A stretch of DNA of 64,000 nucleotides from an uncultured bacterium (lineage in GTDB: Bacteria; Babelota; Babeliae; Babelales; Babelaceae): positions 74,246-138,245 of the forward strand of contig CAWGPQ010000017.1 in NCBI GenBank assembly GCA_963824495.1, written 5' to 3'. The position numbers and the translations under genes are program-made. How positions within the stretch are numbered: position 1 is the stretch's first letter; every line of letters begins with the position of its first letter. The notes below the pieces were generated by a model that saw nothing but the letters and a program-made list of their open reading frames with translations, did no database searches and was not told where the DNA came from. Below, piece by piece: positions 1-9,861 of the stretch.

Positions 1-789
1 CCTACGGTAACTACATTTAAGTTAGAATGGAAATGGAATACAGCAAAAATACCTGCTATTGTACAAGCATGGCAACACTGGATTACACAATTGCCACGCT
101 CGATTTCAACCGAGCTTCACTTTAAATATTTTGATGGTGAACCAACTATTGAAATTATAGGCTTAAAAGTGGGCTCTGAACGTTTTACTGAATGGAAAAA
201 AGTATTCGGCAAGTTATTACCCCGATGCACTATCGCTAGAGAACGATATATTGATGCTGCCATACGTCATGCATCTCTACATACAGTGCCGTATGTCGAT
301 GCTGCTAAAGAATTTGCTGGCGTATATACACTGCCTTTTTCAAAAGTTAAATCAAAATTCCTCATGAAGCCCTTATGCATTAAACCTATCAGGCTTATTG
401 TAGATTTTTTTGAGTACTTAAGACGACATAGAGTACCCTATTTTGTATTCTTTGAATTTGGCGCAGCTGGAGGTAAGATGGCAGAGGAGCATACGGCTTT
501 TTATGCTCGTCATGCTCTGGCTTGGCTTTTTCAATTTATTTATTACGAAAAACAATGTCAAACTTGTGAAGCACTGCGCCTGATTAATAGTTTTTATAAC
601 GAGATTGCACGATACTTCTCTCCCTACTCATATGTGAACACGACCGATTATTGTCTGCGCAAAAGCTATCTAAAAGCGTATTATGGCAATCACGTTAAGC
701 GCTTAATGAAAGTTAAAAGAAACTATGATCCATCAAATATCTTTTGTTGGAAACAAGGAATCCCTTTATGTGGCAGACGCAGAGATTAA
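1..789 (+). CDS. FAD-linked oxidoreductase, berberine-bridge-enzyme (BBE)-like C-terminus; 5'-partial
   Basis: Frame is open from base 1; C-terminal BBE motif YVN...YYGNHVKRLMKVKRNYDPSNIF. Confidence 0.8.
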   Translation, partial: PTVTTFKLEWKWNTAKIPAIVQAWQHWITQLPRSISTELHFKYFDGEPTIEIIGLKVGSERFTEWKKVFGKLLPRCTIARERYIDAAIRHASLHTVPYVDAAKEFAGVYTLPFSKVKSKFLMKPLCIKPIRLIVDFFEYLRRHRVPYFVFFEFGAAGGKMAEEHTAFYARHALAWLFQFIYYEKQCQTCEALRLINSFYNEIARYFSPYSYVNTTDYCLRKSYLKAYYGNHVKRLMKVKRNYDPSNIFCWKQGIPLCGRRRD

Positions 790-804
790 GGGCACGTTAC
801 GCCT

Positions 805-1590
805 CTAAAGCATGGAATTGAGCACACTTATATCGGTTCCTAGGGCAACACGTTGCACAGTGCTCTTTGGAAAAGCCAGAAGCAATACGTACTCTTTCTC
901 TTCAGTATCAGGGTCTTGAGCTTCCGCTTCTTCATAGAATGCTTTAACTTCATTGACCTCTATGTGTGTTGACAAGGGGCAGTGTACATAACGAGTGCTC
1001 ATACTTGAAATACCAGAGACCGTTGTCTTTTCCTGTGCTGTCGCTTGTATTTTTTCCATAGTGGTAGCGTGAGAAAAGAGTGTTATAGTGTGCTCAGAAA
1101 CACGAACTGCTTTTGCTCCGCTATCGAGAGAAATGCAAGCTGTTAGAATGGTGCCATCGATAGCAATCTCAATATCACCTGGTTCGGCGGCGCCGACAGG
1201 AATAGCAACAATAACGTGATGTGCAGTTTTATGTATCGTATACTCCGTTGCCCGCGCCTCTTCTTCTTCAGCCATATCGTAGAGGCTAGATAAATTTTCA
1301 TATCTAGCTAAACATTCATAGGTCAAGGAGATAAGACCATCGAATGCCTTAAAGAGTGATTTAGTGGAGACAAAGAATTGCTTAACGTCTTGGCATTTCT
1401 TGACAGTGTCACCATAATGGTTTTCAAGAGAATCTTCTAGGTTATCGAGCGCTTTGTCTATGCTGAATTGTATGTGCCGTGCTAGAGGCTCAAGAATAGT
1501 AAGAAGTTCACGTGCTTGACTATAACCGCTTTGTAGTAGAATAAACGTGCTCATGGAAGAAAGAATAAACACTTGAGTAAGTTTTTTCAT
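805..1590 (-). CDS. Exported protein with Hsp20/alpha-crystallin-like C-terminal region
   Basis: ATG 1590 preceded by GGAG; N-terminal signal-like MKKLTQVFILSS...; VIVAIPV..PGDIEIAIDGTILT and EVKAFYE..VLLLAFPK resemble alpha-crystallin strands. Confidence 0.5.
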   Translation of the reverse strand: MKKLTQVFILSSMSTFILLQSGYSQARELLTILEPLARHIQFSIDKALDNLEDSLENHYGDTVKKCQDVKQFFVSTKSLFKAFDGLISLTYECLARYENLSSLYDMAEEEEARATEYTIHKTAHHVIVAIPVGAAEPGDIEIAIDGTILTACISLDSGAKAVRVSEHTITLFSHATTMEKIQATAQEKTTVSGISSMSTRYVHCPLSTHIEVNEVKAFYEEAEAQDPDTEEKEYVLLLAFPKSTVQRVALGTDISVLNSML

Positions 1591-1704
1591 ACGAGGCTCC
1601 TTAGTAAAAATAACGTGTAAAGTTATATACGTGACGTCCAATTCTAGTCTATTCTGTAAAAACAAGCAATGCTTTTTGCGCTTCACGAAGCGTTGCAACG
1701 TATA

Positions 1705-3252
1705 TCAACCTAATGACACGGTGCTTATGTTATACGAAATATTACAAGGCATGCCCGTATGGCCAGTCATTTCATCAGGTATACGCAGACCACGTTGAGA
1801 AAGTATAAAGGGTGCAACGTCTGCAAGACCCTGTAGCGGTAAGATTGTACCGGTGCCTTCAAGATCTTGACGAATCATAATAAAGGGAACCGGATTAGTT
1901 GTATGTGAAGTTCGTGGCTGATGTGCTCTAGGATCCCATTTGTCTTCAGCATTGCCGTGATCACTCGTAATATAGAGCGTACCCTTGAGCTGCATAACAA
2001 CTACATCATAAAGCTGTTTAAGCTGCTCATCTAAGCACATAATCGCTTTAACTGTTGCATCAAAATTACCTGAATGGCCAACCATATCAGCGTTTGCGTA
2101 ATTGATAAGATAGAAATCATAGGGGTCAGTTTTTAATGATTCAAGTACTGCATGCGTAATCTTGGGAGCAGACATTTCTGGATAGTCAACATAGGTACGT
2201 ACAGACAGTGATGGTATAAGCACGCGTTTTTCATGAGGTCGTACTGTTTCTTTTCCTCCACTAAAAAAATAGGTTATGTGCGCATACTTTTCAGTTTCTG
2301 CAATAGTGAATATTCTTGTATTTTCTTCCTGCAAGACATCAAGTAAGGTATGGGTTATAACCGGTTTGGTATAGATCGTGTCAAGAGAAAATACTGGGCT
2401 ATATTCAGTAGCTGTTATAAGCCAGGCAAGATGCCGATTATGAGCAAGTAACGTGGTGAGCTGCCGTGCTCGATCAGGTCTAATATTAAAAAATATAAGC
2501 CCATCGCCATCTTGTATATAAGCAGTGTGATTAAGCTGTGTAGGGGGAATAAACTCATCAGTAATACCATGTGCATAATAATATTCAAGCACCTGGTGCC
2601 AAGAAGTAGCACGTGAAGGTACAGGCTCAGCAAGTATGCGATAGCTTGCTTGTGTGCGATCCCAGTGCTTATCACGATCCATAGCATAAAAGCGACCATG
2701 AACTGACCCAAGCTTGCCTCGCTTAAGCTTTGATAAAACGCTATCAAGGTGCTCTAAATATACAGCAGCTGATCGTGGTGGCACATCACGTCCATCAAGA
2801 ATTGCATGAACCCAGATAGTTTCAAGATTAAGACGTGCCGCAAGCTCAAGTAATGCGAATAAGTGCTTTTCATTACTGTGAACACCAGCATCTGATACTA
2901 ACCCTAGAAGATGTAAAGCTGTAGCATGCTTTTTAAGTAGTCCTATATTCTTTACCAGTACGTCATTATGAAAGAACGCTCCTGTATCGATAAGCTTATT
3001 AAGAACTGTGAGCGGTTGATCAATAATTCTTCCACTTCCCATGGTCATATGCCCTACTTCAGAGTTGCCTATTGTGCCCTCGGGAAGGCCAACAGCTTGC
3101 CCTGACGCACATAAAAGAGCATGTGGATACCTATGCCACCATGTCGATAGATAGTGAGGATGGGCGTGATACACAGCATTAGCACGTGTATGAGGACTAT
3201 AGCCAAAGCCATCAAGAATAACTAAGACTGTTGGTGACGTGTCTAATATCAT
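1705..3252 (-). CDS. gpmI: 2,3-bisphosphoglycerate-independent phosphoglycerate mutase
   Basis: VILDGFG, GNSEVGH, DGRDV, GRFYAMDRD, ETEKYAH, NADMVGH, SDHGN motifs. Confidence 0.97.
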   Translation of the reverse strand: MILDTSPTVLVILDGFGYSPHTRANAVYHAHPHYLSTWWHRYPHALLCASGQAVGLPEGTIGNSEVGHMTMGSGRIIDQPLTVLNKLIDTGAFFHNDVLVKNIGLLKKHATALHLLGLVSDAGVHSNEKHLFALLELAARLNLETIWVHAILDGRDVPPRSAAVYLEHLDSVLSKLKRGKLGSVHGRFYAMDRDKHWDRTQASYRILAEPVPSRATSWHQVLEYYYAHGITDEFIPPTQLNHTAYIQDGDGLIFFNIRPDRARQLTTLLAHNRHLAWLITATEYSPVFSLDTIYTKPVITHTLLDVLQEENTRIFTIAETEKYAHITYFFSGGKETVRPHEKRVLIPSLSVRTYVDYPEMSAPKITHAVLESLKTDPYDFYLINYANADMVGHSGNFDATVKAIMCLDEQLKQLYDVVVMQLKGTLYITSDHGNAEDKWDPRAHQPRTSHTTNPVPFIMIRQDLEGTGTILPLQGLADVAPFILSQRGLRIPDEMTGHTGMPCNISYNISTVSLG

Positions 3253-3443
3253 ATAATTAGAGTTACTTCGATACATTAAGTATGCACAAAACAGCATGCA
3301 ACTGCCTGCTTATCTTACAGCGTGCTCGGGGACTTAGCAAGAAGCATGCTCCCAAAAAAGCGCTTCTTGTGCTAAACTGAAACCTTGTTATATCGTAACA
3401 CTTACTGCAGAATCTAAAAGAACTTAAAAGATAAGGCGCTTAT

Positions 3444-3932
3444 ATGCAAAAGACTTGCTTGAACCAATCAACCCAATCAACACAACAGGCGATAGTGCTT
3501 ATAATACGATCTATAGTAACCAGTGTACTTTTTGCTATGTCTACTTTTCTATACGCCAAACAGGATCAAGGAATTATTCTACAAAGTCTCAATAACACAA
3601 ATAGCACTGATCATGTTGTTCGCATGTTAACCAAGCTGCAACAGACGCTTGACCCTCAGGCGACTGAGCCATTAGATCAATGGATACACCGTGTGCATTT
3701 TTTACATAGTAATGAAGAGGTTGAAGAAGAGGAAGAGAGTGGTTCTATTTTCGATGACCCAGATATTACGCAAGGGCCTCTCATCATACATCAAGAGCCT
3801 GAACAATTCTCATGTGTTCCCGATAGTATTAGATCAATAGGCATGAAGCTTGCTACGACAGAATGGGGATGCTCAATAATTCTCTTCTTAAGAGAATCAT
3901 GGACAAGAGCAAGCAGTCTATTACCATTCTAA
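3444..3932 (+). CDS. Hypothetical protein with N-terminal hydrophobic segment and acidic patch
   Basis: 162-aa ORF filling the gap before rsmE; no recognisable motif. Confidence 0.6.
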   Translation: MQKTCLNQSTQSTQQAIVLIIRSIVTSVLFAMSTFLYAKQDQGIILQSLNNTNSTDHVVRMLTKLQQTLDPQATEPLDQWIHRVHFLHSNEEVEEEEESGSIFDDPDITQGPLIIHQEPEQFSCVPDSIRSIGMKLATTEWGCSIILFLRESWTRASSLLPF

Positions 3933-3958
3933 ACACTCATACTACCTGACCAAAGAAC

Positions 3959-4729
3959 ATGATTAAAGAACAAACTCATATATTTGCTTTTTTTATGCAG
4001 CAGCTACCTGTGCTCGAAAAAAAGGGTATACATGAGCAAGCTGTGCTCCGCGACCCATCGCTTTTGCATCGCCTTATTACCGTATTGAGGCTAGAACCCG
4101 GACGTCAATTTATTCTCTTTGATCAAACACGTAATCTGACATGCCAAATCACTGCTGTGATCAATAAAGACTATATCTATGTAACGGTAATTGAAGATCG
4201 CTTACATCAACCGCTAGCGCCTATGATTCATTGGTTGCTTCCATTACTCGAACGTGACGCATTTCGAGAAGCAGTTTATGCCCTAACTGCTATGGGTGCA
4301 ACAAGCATTCAACCACTTATAACTAAAAAAATTCATAGAGCCTGGATTAACCCAAAAGAAATCGAACGCTTGCAACGTATTATGATCTCAGCAGCAGAAC
4401 AATCAAAGCAGTTTGTTTTGCCAACCCTTATGCCCGTACAGGATATAAGCTGTTTACCTGATAGTGTCACAGCACAAAAAAGCACGGCTCGTATCTTTTT
4501 TGATAGCACAGGAAGCTTAAGCGAACAAGTGATTAAACAGCTCTGGGATAGTCAGCCTACCAGCATACTCTGTATAGTTGGCCCTGAAGGCGACTTAACG
4601 CATCAAGAAAAAGATAGAGTGCAATCACAAAATTTTATACAGTGTGCTCTTACGCCAACAATACTCCGAGCAGAAACTGCCGTTATAGTAGCTATGGGCA
4701 TGCTCCGCTCGCTTATACGTTCGACATAA
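3959..4729 (+). CDS. rsmE: 16S rRNA m3U1498 methyltransferase
   Basis: HRLITVLRL, AAEQS, VGPEGD, ILRAETA SPOUT motifs. Confidence 0.93.
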   Translation: MIKEQTHIFAFFMQQLPVLEKKGIHEQAVLRDPSLLHRLITVLRLEPGRQFILFDQTRNLTCQITAVINKDYIYVTVIEDRLHQPLAPMIHWLLPLLERDAFREAVYALTAMGATSIQPLITKKIHRAWINPKEIERLQRIMISAAEQSKQFVLPTLMPVQDISCLPDSVTAQKSTARIFFDSTGSLSEQVIKQLWDSQPTSILCIVGPEGDLTHQEKDRVQSQNFIQCALTPTILRAETAVIVAMGMLRSLIRST

Positions 4730-4737
4730 GCTATAAG

Positions 4738-5490
4738 CTACGACGTAATTGAAATACAGGTTTTGGTTGAGTAGCTTTTAAGATATAAGGGCAAAAGCTC
4801 ATTAACCACCTGTTCTCCCTTAAGCCATCTTGCAAGCCCTAGCTGCGCTACTGTTTCAAGTGAACATATATCAGGTACTGGCTCAGGTATAACGATATCT
4901 ACTTGGTCCCCAAGCTGCTCAACAAGCACAGAACGATACAGCTCAAGGCCATTACCAACAACTTTAATGCGCGGGTGTACACTACGATAACCACCTTGAG
5001 AATAAGCTATATACTCTTTAAGCACTGTAAAAAAATCTTTACTGGAAGCGCAGCCAGTAGTTATTTCATGACGTGCTTGATCACAGATGCCCCAATAGAC
5101 ATCACCACAAAAAGCATTAAGAAGTACAACAGTACCATCATAAGCTTGCTCATGTTGTTCAAGTAAAAATGCTTTAAGTCCATCGATGCCAACAAGCGAT
5201 AATCGTGTTGCAAACGCTAGGCCATTAGCCGAGGCAATTACTACACGTAATGTGGTAAACGGCGCGGGACCCTGATAGACAGAAATAAACTGACAATCAG
5301 AAAGAACTTTCCCATGTTGCCGCAACAGCGTATCTACCAAGGGTATCAAGTTTTTACTTGAGCGCTTGTTATCTTCATATGCACGCTCTAAAAGCCTGGG
5401 TCCTTCATAAAGCGCCATATGCACTGCTGTATAACCACTTTGAAGTACAAGATAGAGAGGGAGCTGTGAAGCGATGTGATTATGGGTCAC
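4738..5490 (-). CDS. tsaB: tRNA threonylcarbamoyladenosine biosynthesis protein TsaB
   Basis: GPAPFTTLRV (GPGSFTGLR-like), LLNA, C-terminal PLYL. Confidence 0.88.
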   Translation of the reverse strand: MTHNHIASQLPLYLVLQSGYTAVHMALYEGPRLLERAYEDNKRSSKNLIPLVDTLLRQHGKVLSDCQFISVYQGPAPFTTLRVVIASANGLAFATRLSLVGIDGLKAFLLEQHEQAYDGTVVLLNAFCGDVYWGICDQARHEITTGCASSKDFFTVLKEYIAYSQGGYRSVHPRIKVVGNGLELYRSVLVEQLGDQVDIVIPEPVPDICSLETVAQLGLARWLKGEQVVNELLPLYLKSYSTKTCISITS

Positions 5491-5491
5491 C

Positions 5492-5523
5492 TTATTACCT
5501 AATTATCTAATTATCTAATTACC
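5492..5523. repeat. 8-bp tandem repeat x4 filling an intergenic gap
   Basis: ttattacc-taattatc-taattatc-taattacc. Confidence 0.7.
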
Positions 5524-5708
5524 TATTGATTATTCCGATTATTACACTTTTGCTGTTGATAGAAGATACTAAAAGCATCAAATTCAATTGTTTTTTCTTT
5601 CTTTGCAATAACTTTACCACAATTTAAACATTTCCACCCATCAAAATTTAAAAAATGATCAAAAAATGATTGCAGGACCATAAGCCCTGAGCACTTAGAA
5701 CACTTCAT
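5523..5708 (-). CDS. Small zinc-ribbon protein (CxxC...CxxC)
   Basis: MKCSKC...WKCLNCG; purine-rich RBS GAGGA upstream. Confidence 0.8.
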   Translation of the reverse strand: MKCSKCSGLMVLQSFFDHFLNFDGWKCLNCGKVIAKKEKTIEFDAFSIFYQQQKCNNRNNQ

Positions 5709-5787
5709 ACCCCATCCTCTCCCTTTGTGGTATACATGGTCTTACTAAGGAATCTAAAGGAGTCTCTCTATACTTGTCAATAGGGGG

Positions 5788-6213
5788 TTATGATGAGACC
5801 GTTTGCTGTACTGCAAGAAAAGTTAAATAAGAGTCGAGAATAAAGGCCGCTGCTTTGGCATGAAGTTTGAGTTTTTCTTCTTTAGTTTTAGTTTTACCCA
5901 TTGTTGTTGTCTCGGCTCGCTTGCTGCTCAGCCGCTCATCCCACAATATCCAGGTGAGGGTAGGAAATGCTGCTTTAAGCTCTTCATATACTATGCATAC
6001 TTTACGTGTTTGATCGCTTTTAGTGCCACGCATTGTTTTGGGATAGCCAACTACTATAGTGCTTATATCTTCCACCATACACAATTCTCTAAGAGCTGCC
6101 ATAAGCTGAGATGATGCAACCGTTGTATAAGGTTTTGCAAGAATATGTAATGTATCTGAAAGAGCGATTCCTGTCCATTGATCACCCACATCCAGAGCTG
6201 CTATCTTAGACAC
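5788..6213 (-). CDS. ruvX: Holliday junction resolvase-like / pre-16S rRNA nuclease YqgF
   Basis: ALDVGDQWTGIALSD, VVGYP, WDERLSS, AAAFIL. Confidence 0.93.
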   Translation of the reverse strand: MSKIAALDVGDQWTGIALSDTLHILAKPYTTVASSQLMAALRELCMVEDISTIVVGYPKTMRGTKSDQTRKVCIVYEELKAAFPTLTWILWDERLSSKRAETTTMGKTKTKEEKLKLHAKAAAFILDSYLTFLAVQQTVSS

Positions 6214-6215
6214 GG

Positions 6216-6555
6216 TTATTTACCTTTTTGGAGCGCAGACGCATAGTTAAAACAATAAAAGTATTCTTGCCATGATTCATCTGTAGTACCGTATTCGTTA
6301 TCGTACACAAAATGGTCTATAAGAGCTTCTCGTACTCTCCCTATTTCTTTAAGGCGAGGACCTCTAGCTTTGGGACCTATAATTGTTAAACTTAAAAGCT
6401 CAAGTGCTCTCTCAAAAGCCTTTTGGCTGTACTCGAGATTGCCTTCTTTTTTTCCAATAAATTGTTCTTTCAATATCACTTCCTACATTGGCTAGCTGCT
6501 CAAGAAAGGAAAGCTCAAACCAACGACCCGATGCAAGGTGCTTGTGTATGATCAT
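6216..6555 (-). pseudogene. Frameshifted conserved hypothetical gene, translationally coupled to the upstream DUF5674-like gene
   Basis: ATG 6555 overlaps the upstream TGA; MIIHKHLASGRWFELSFLEQLANVGSDIERTIYWKK joins EGNLEYSQKAFERALELL only after removing one A from an A7 run near 6447-6453. Confidence 0.75.
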
Positions 6556-6797
6556 AGAACAACCAACTGGTTAACTACGGTTCTTATTTTTTCCTGTATT
6601 TTAGGGCCGTTAACACGATGGCTTTTGTTACCCCATGATGGACGAATTACGAGAAGTTCTTCGTCAGCGTGAAGCTCAGCATCAACTACCATAATTTCTT
6701 TTTCGATATCAACGACAGCTTTAACTAAACCTCCAAATATTTTCTCGGACATTTTTTTGAGCTCTTCAACCGTAATATTTTCGCGTACAACTTTCAT
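6552..6797 (-). pseudogene. DUF5674-like gene with apparent internal deletion
   Basis: VKAVVDIEKEIMVVDAELHADEE and IRPSWGNKS are present, but the intervening LWGIN...IEFDS segment I recall for the family is absent. Confidence 0.6.
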
Positions 6798-6982
6798 AAT
6801 ACTTTAATATCCATAATTTATTTTGTCTAAGGCCAACAACCGGTGGGATAACTTGCTACTCTAGTGCTCACGTGTTGTGACATAAGCAAAATGCTGCATA
6901 AGGCTTTTGCAAGAAATGGACTTCAATTCTAGCTTATCACAGGTATACTTTGGATACTAGCTGCTTAGCTTGTCTGTAGTGC

Positions 6983-8043
6983 TTAGCCATTAGAATTAGG
7001 GCTAGGCAAAAAGTGAGCTATGCGTGCTATAATTTCTTCAGGCATACCAATAGCTGGAACATTTCTACCCTGAGCATGCAATTGCTGAAAAAGTCCTTGA
7101 TCACGCAAGATACCAGGTATAATTCTTTCTCTGCTCAACAGGTCAATAATAGCAGTACGCCCATACTCATGTGCTAGATCCAACGGTGTTTGATCTCTCG
7201 TATTTCTTATGGTATGGTCAGCCTGAACATCAAGAAGTGCCTGAACTATATCTGCACGCCCCTGCTGTATTGCTACATGTAACGGTGTGTTGCCCTGTGC
7301 GTTTTGAACACCAATACGTACACCATGAGCAAGTAACACTTGGAGAATAAGATCATTACCATTACGCGCAGCTAAATGCAGAACAGTGTTGCCCTCGTTA
7401 TTTTGTATATCTAGATTAGGGTTATAGTCATTAAGTAAAAGCTCAACAAGCTCATCATAATCTTGAGCAACTGCCCAATGTAACGCTGTTATGCCAAAAT
7501 TATCTTGAGTATGCACACTTATAGAACCTTCATTAAGGACCTTGGTAACACCGTAAACACCATAACTATCCATCTCGATAAGAGCCAAAGCTAGTGTAGA
7601 AATTTTGCTTTTTATTAATATATTCGTGACCTCATCGTGAAAGTATATTGATGTCATAATAGATGGCACTCTGGCACCATGACATACAAGTATTTTAACT
7701 ATCTCTTGATAATAAAGACAAGCCGCATTTATAAGAGCTGTCTCGCCGTAAAAATTCTCACGATTAACTTCAGCGCCATGCTCTATAAGTAACTTAACTA
7801 TATTTTATGCCCATAGGAAGCTGCTCTTATAAGAGCAGTAGCACCATCATCCGTTAAATGATTAACATTAGCTCCTTGCTCTAGACAGCGGATTACGGTA
7901 TCTTTATCGCCTGCTTCTGCTGCGTTTAACAATTGCTCATTAAGCCGAACTTGCTCTTTTTTAGGTAGTTGAACGCTCATAAGTTGATATGAGCCAAACA
8001 GAAAGGTACTAAAAATTGCTAGCGCAAGAATATACTTGTTCAC
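6983..8043 (-). pseudogene. Exported ankyrin-repeat protein with C-terminal F-box-like motif, split by a frameshift
   Basis: ORF 7798-8043 ends GHKI*; a one-base shift continues IVKLLIEHGAEVN... in frame with ORF 6983-7669; paralog of 8175-9644. Confidence 0.85.
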
Positions 8044-8097
8044 ATTACGCCTTTGTTTAAGCTATGCTTCATTTAAAATGACAACCTTATAATTATT

Positions 8098-8126
8098 ATT
8101 TTAGCTAATGCTCTATGCTTTGTCAA
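8098..8126 (-). promoter_or_regulatory. Sigma70-type promoter
   Basis: TTGACA-N17-TAAAAT on the minus strand upstream of GTG 8043. Confidence 0.75.
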
Positions 8127-8174
8127 AGAGGATAGGCCTAGCATACAAGATGGCCCGTTAAGCTATTGCTGAAG

Positions 8175-9644
8175 CTAAGAGTTGGAATTAGGGTTTGATC
8201 TTACGTGAGCATATGGCCTTTGAGCAACAACAAAGCGGGCAATATGAGCTGCAATTTCAGCGGGAAGTACACCGTCAGGTAGAACACCTAAAGTCTGTGC
8301 TGTCCCATTGGTATCGTTATCGGTATGAAGTACGCCAAAACGCCCTTGTTGTCCCTCAGTTGAAAGCAGGTTAAGAAGAGCTTGTCCTGCCATTGGTTCA
8401 AGAAGCCGCTCAATATCGCGATAGTTACGCCCACGAGCAAGTAACCAAGCTGATAACCCTCGATCATTAACTCTATTAACAAAATTAACGGTAGCACTAT
8501 CATGACGAATAAGAGATCGAACAATAGCTACATGCCCAGCTTGAGCTGCTAGATGCAACGCTGTGTTGCCCTGTGCGTTTTGAACATCAATACGTACACC
8601 ATGAGCAAGTAACACTTGGAGAATAAGATCATTACCATTACGCGCAGCTAAATGCAGAACAGTGTTGCCCTCATTATCTTGTATATTCAGGCCAGGATGG
8701 TACTCGGCAAGTAAATCTTCAACTAGAGCGCCATAATTCTGAGCAACTGCCCAATGTAACGCTGTCATGCCATATGCATCACGATCGTTAATACTATTAG
8801 AGAAATAAGACAGAAGCATACCAAAAAGTGTAGAATTATCTCGAGCGAGAAGCCTCGTAATGGTATCAGTATCTCTCACGATAATTGCCAAAGCCAGCGG
8901 TGATATTCCGCTTTGCCTCAATGCTTGTATAATTCTATCCCTATGGAAAGCAAATAAAGTAGAAGGTATGATAGCACCACAACGTACAAGCATAGCAACC
9001 ATCTCTATATTTCTCTGAGTAGCTGCCCATACAAGAGGGGTGAAGTTATTATTATCAGCATAGTTAACATCAGCACCAGCTTCTATAAGCATTCTAGCAA
9101 TTTCTGTATGCCCACGCTCCGCTGTCCATTCCAGGGCAGTATAGTCTAAATTTTTATCAATATGATTGACGTTAGCACCAGCTTCTATAAGCATTCTAAC
9201 TATATCTCTCTGTCCCCTAAGAATTGCCTCTATAAGAGCTGTTCTGCTATCAGAAGCAACATGATTAACATCAGCGCCATGCTCTATAAGCATTTTAACC
9301 ATTGGTGCATGACCTCCAGCAATTGCAAATGTAAGAGGAGTCCAGCCAATAGTATCAGCTTCATTAACCTGAGCACTATATTTTATAAGCTCGCTAACCA
9401 TATCTGTATTTCCGTACATAGCTCCGAACCTAAGAGCAGTGAAGCCACGATTATCAGCACAATTGGCATTAGCACCTTGCCTTAGTAAGGAACTTATCTT
9501 ATCGGTGTCTCTTAGTTCTGCTGCATGTAACAGCTGCTCATTAAGCAAAAGCTGCTCTTTCCGAGATAACTGAATGCTCATGAGTTGATTTGAATCAAAC
9601 AGAAAAATACTAAAACTTGCTAGTGCCAGAATATATTTGTTCAC
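8175..9644 (-). CDS. Exported ankyrin-repeat protein with C-terminal F-box-like motif
   Basis: Signal peptide, about 9 ankyrin repeats (TALH/TPL..GADVN), tail LPAEIAAHIARFV. Confidence 0.9.
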   Translation of the reverse strand: MNKYILALASFSIFLFDSNQLMSIQLSRKEQLLLNEQLLHAAELRDTDKISSLLRQGANANCADNRGFTALRFGAMYGNTDMVSELIKYSAQVNEADTIGWTPLTFAIAGGHAPMVKMLIEHGADVNHVASDSRTALIEAILRGQRDIVRMLIEAGANVNHIDKNLDYTALEWTAERGHTEIARMLIEAGADVNYADNNNFTPLVWAATQRNIEMVAMLVRCGAIIPSTLFAFHRDRIIQALRQSGISPLALAIIVRDTDTITRLLARDNSTLFGMLLSYFSNSINDRDAYGMTALHWAVAQNYGALVEDLLAEYHPGLNIQDNEGNTVLHLAARNGNDLILQVLLAHGVRIDVQNAQGNTALHLAAQAGHVAIVRSLIRHDSATVNFVNRVNDRGLSAWLLARGRNYRDIERLLEPMAGQALLNLLSTEGQQGRFGVLHTDNDTNGTAQTLGVLPDGVLPAEIAAHIARFVVAQRPYAHVRSNPNSNS

Positions 9645-9698
9645 ATTACGCCTTTGCTTAAGTCATATCTTATTTAAAATTACAATCATGTAATTATT

Positions 9699-9727
9699 AC
9701 TATACCTCGTGCTCTATGCTTTGTCAA
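9699..9727 (-). promoter_or_regulatory. Sigma70-type promoter (duplicate of 8098-8126)
   Basis: TTGACA-N17-TATAGT; flanking leader resembles that of the paralog. Confidence 0.75.
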
Positions 9728-9861
9728 AAGAGCTCGTAAGCCACCGCTTGTCCCTCCCCAGCTCGACAAGTTGCAAGAAAAACATTCATGAGCTAAGATA
9801 AACAAAATGAATCGGTTGTTCAGAGCAAATGTTATACTCGATATGCAAAGAGGGTTGATAT

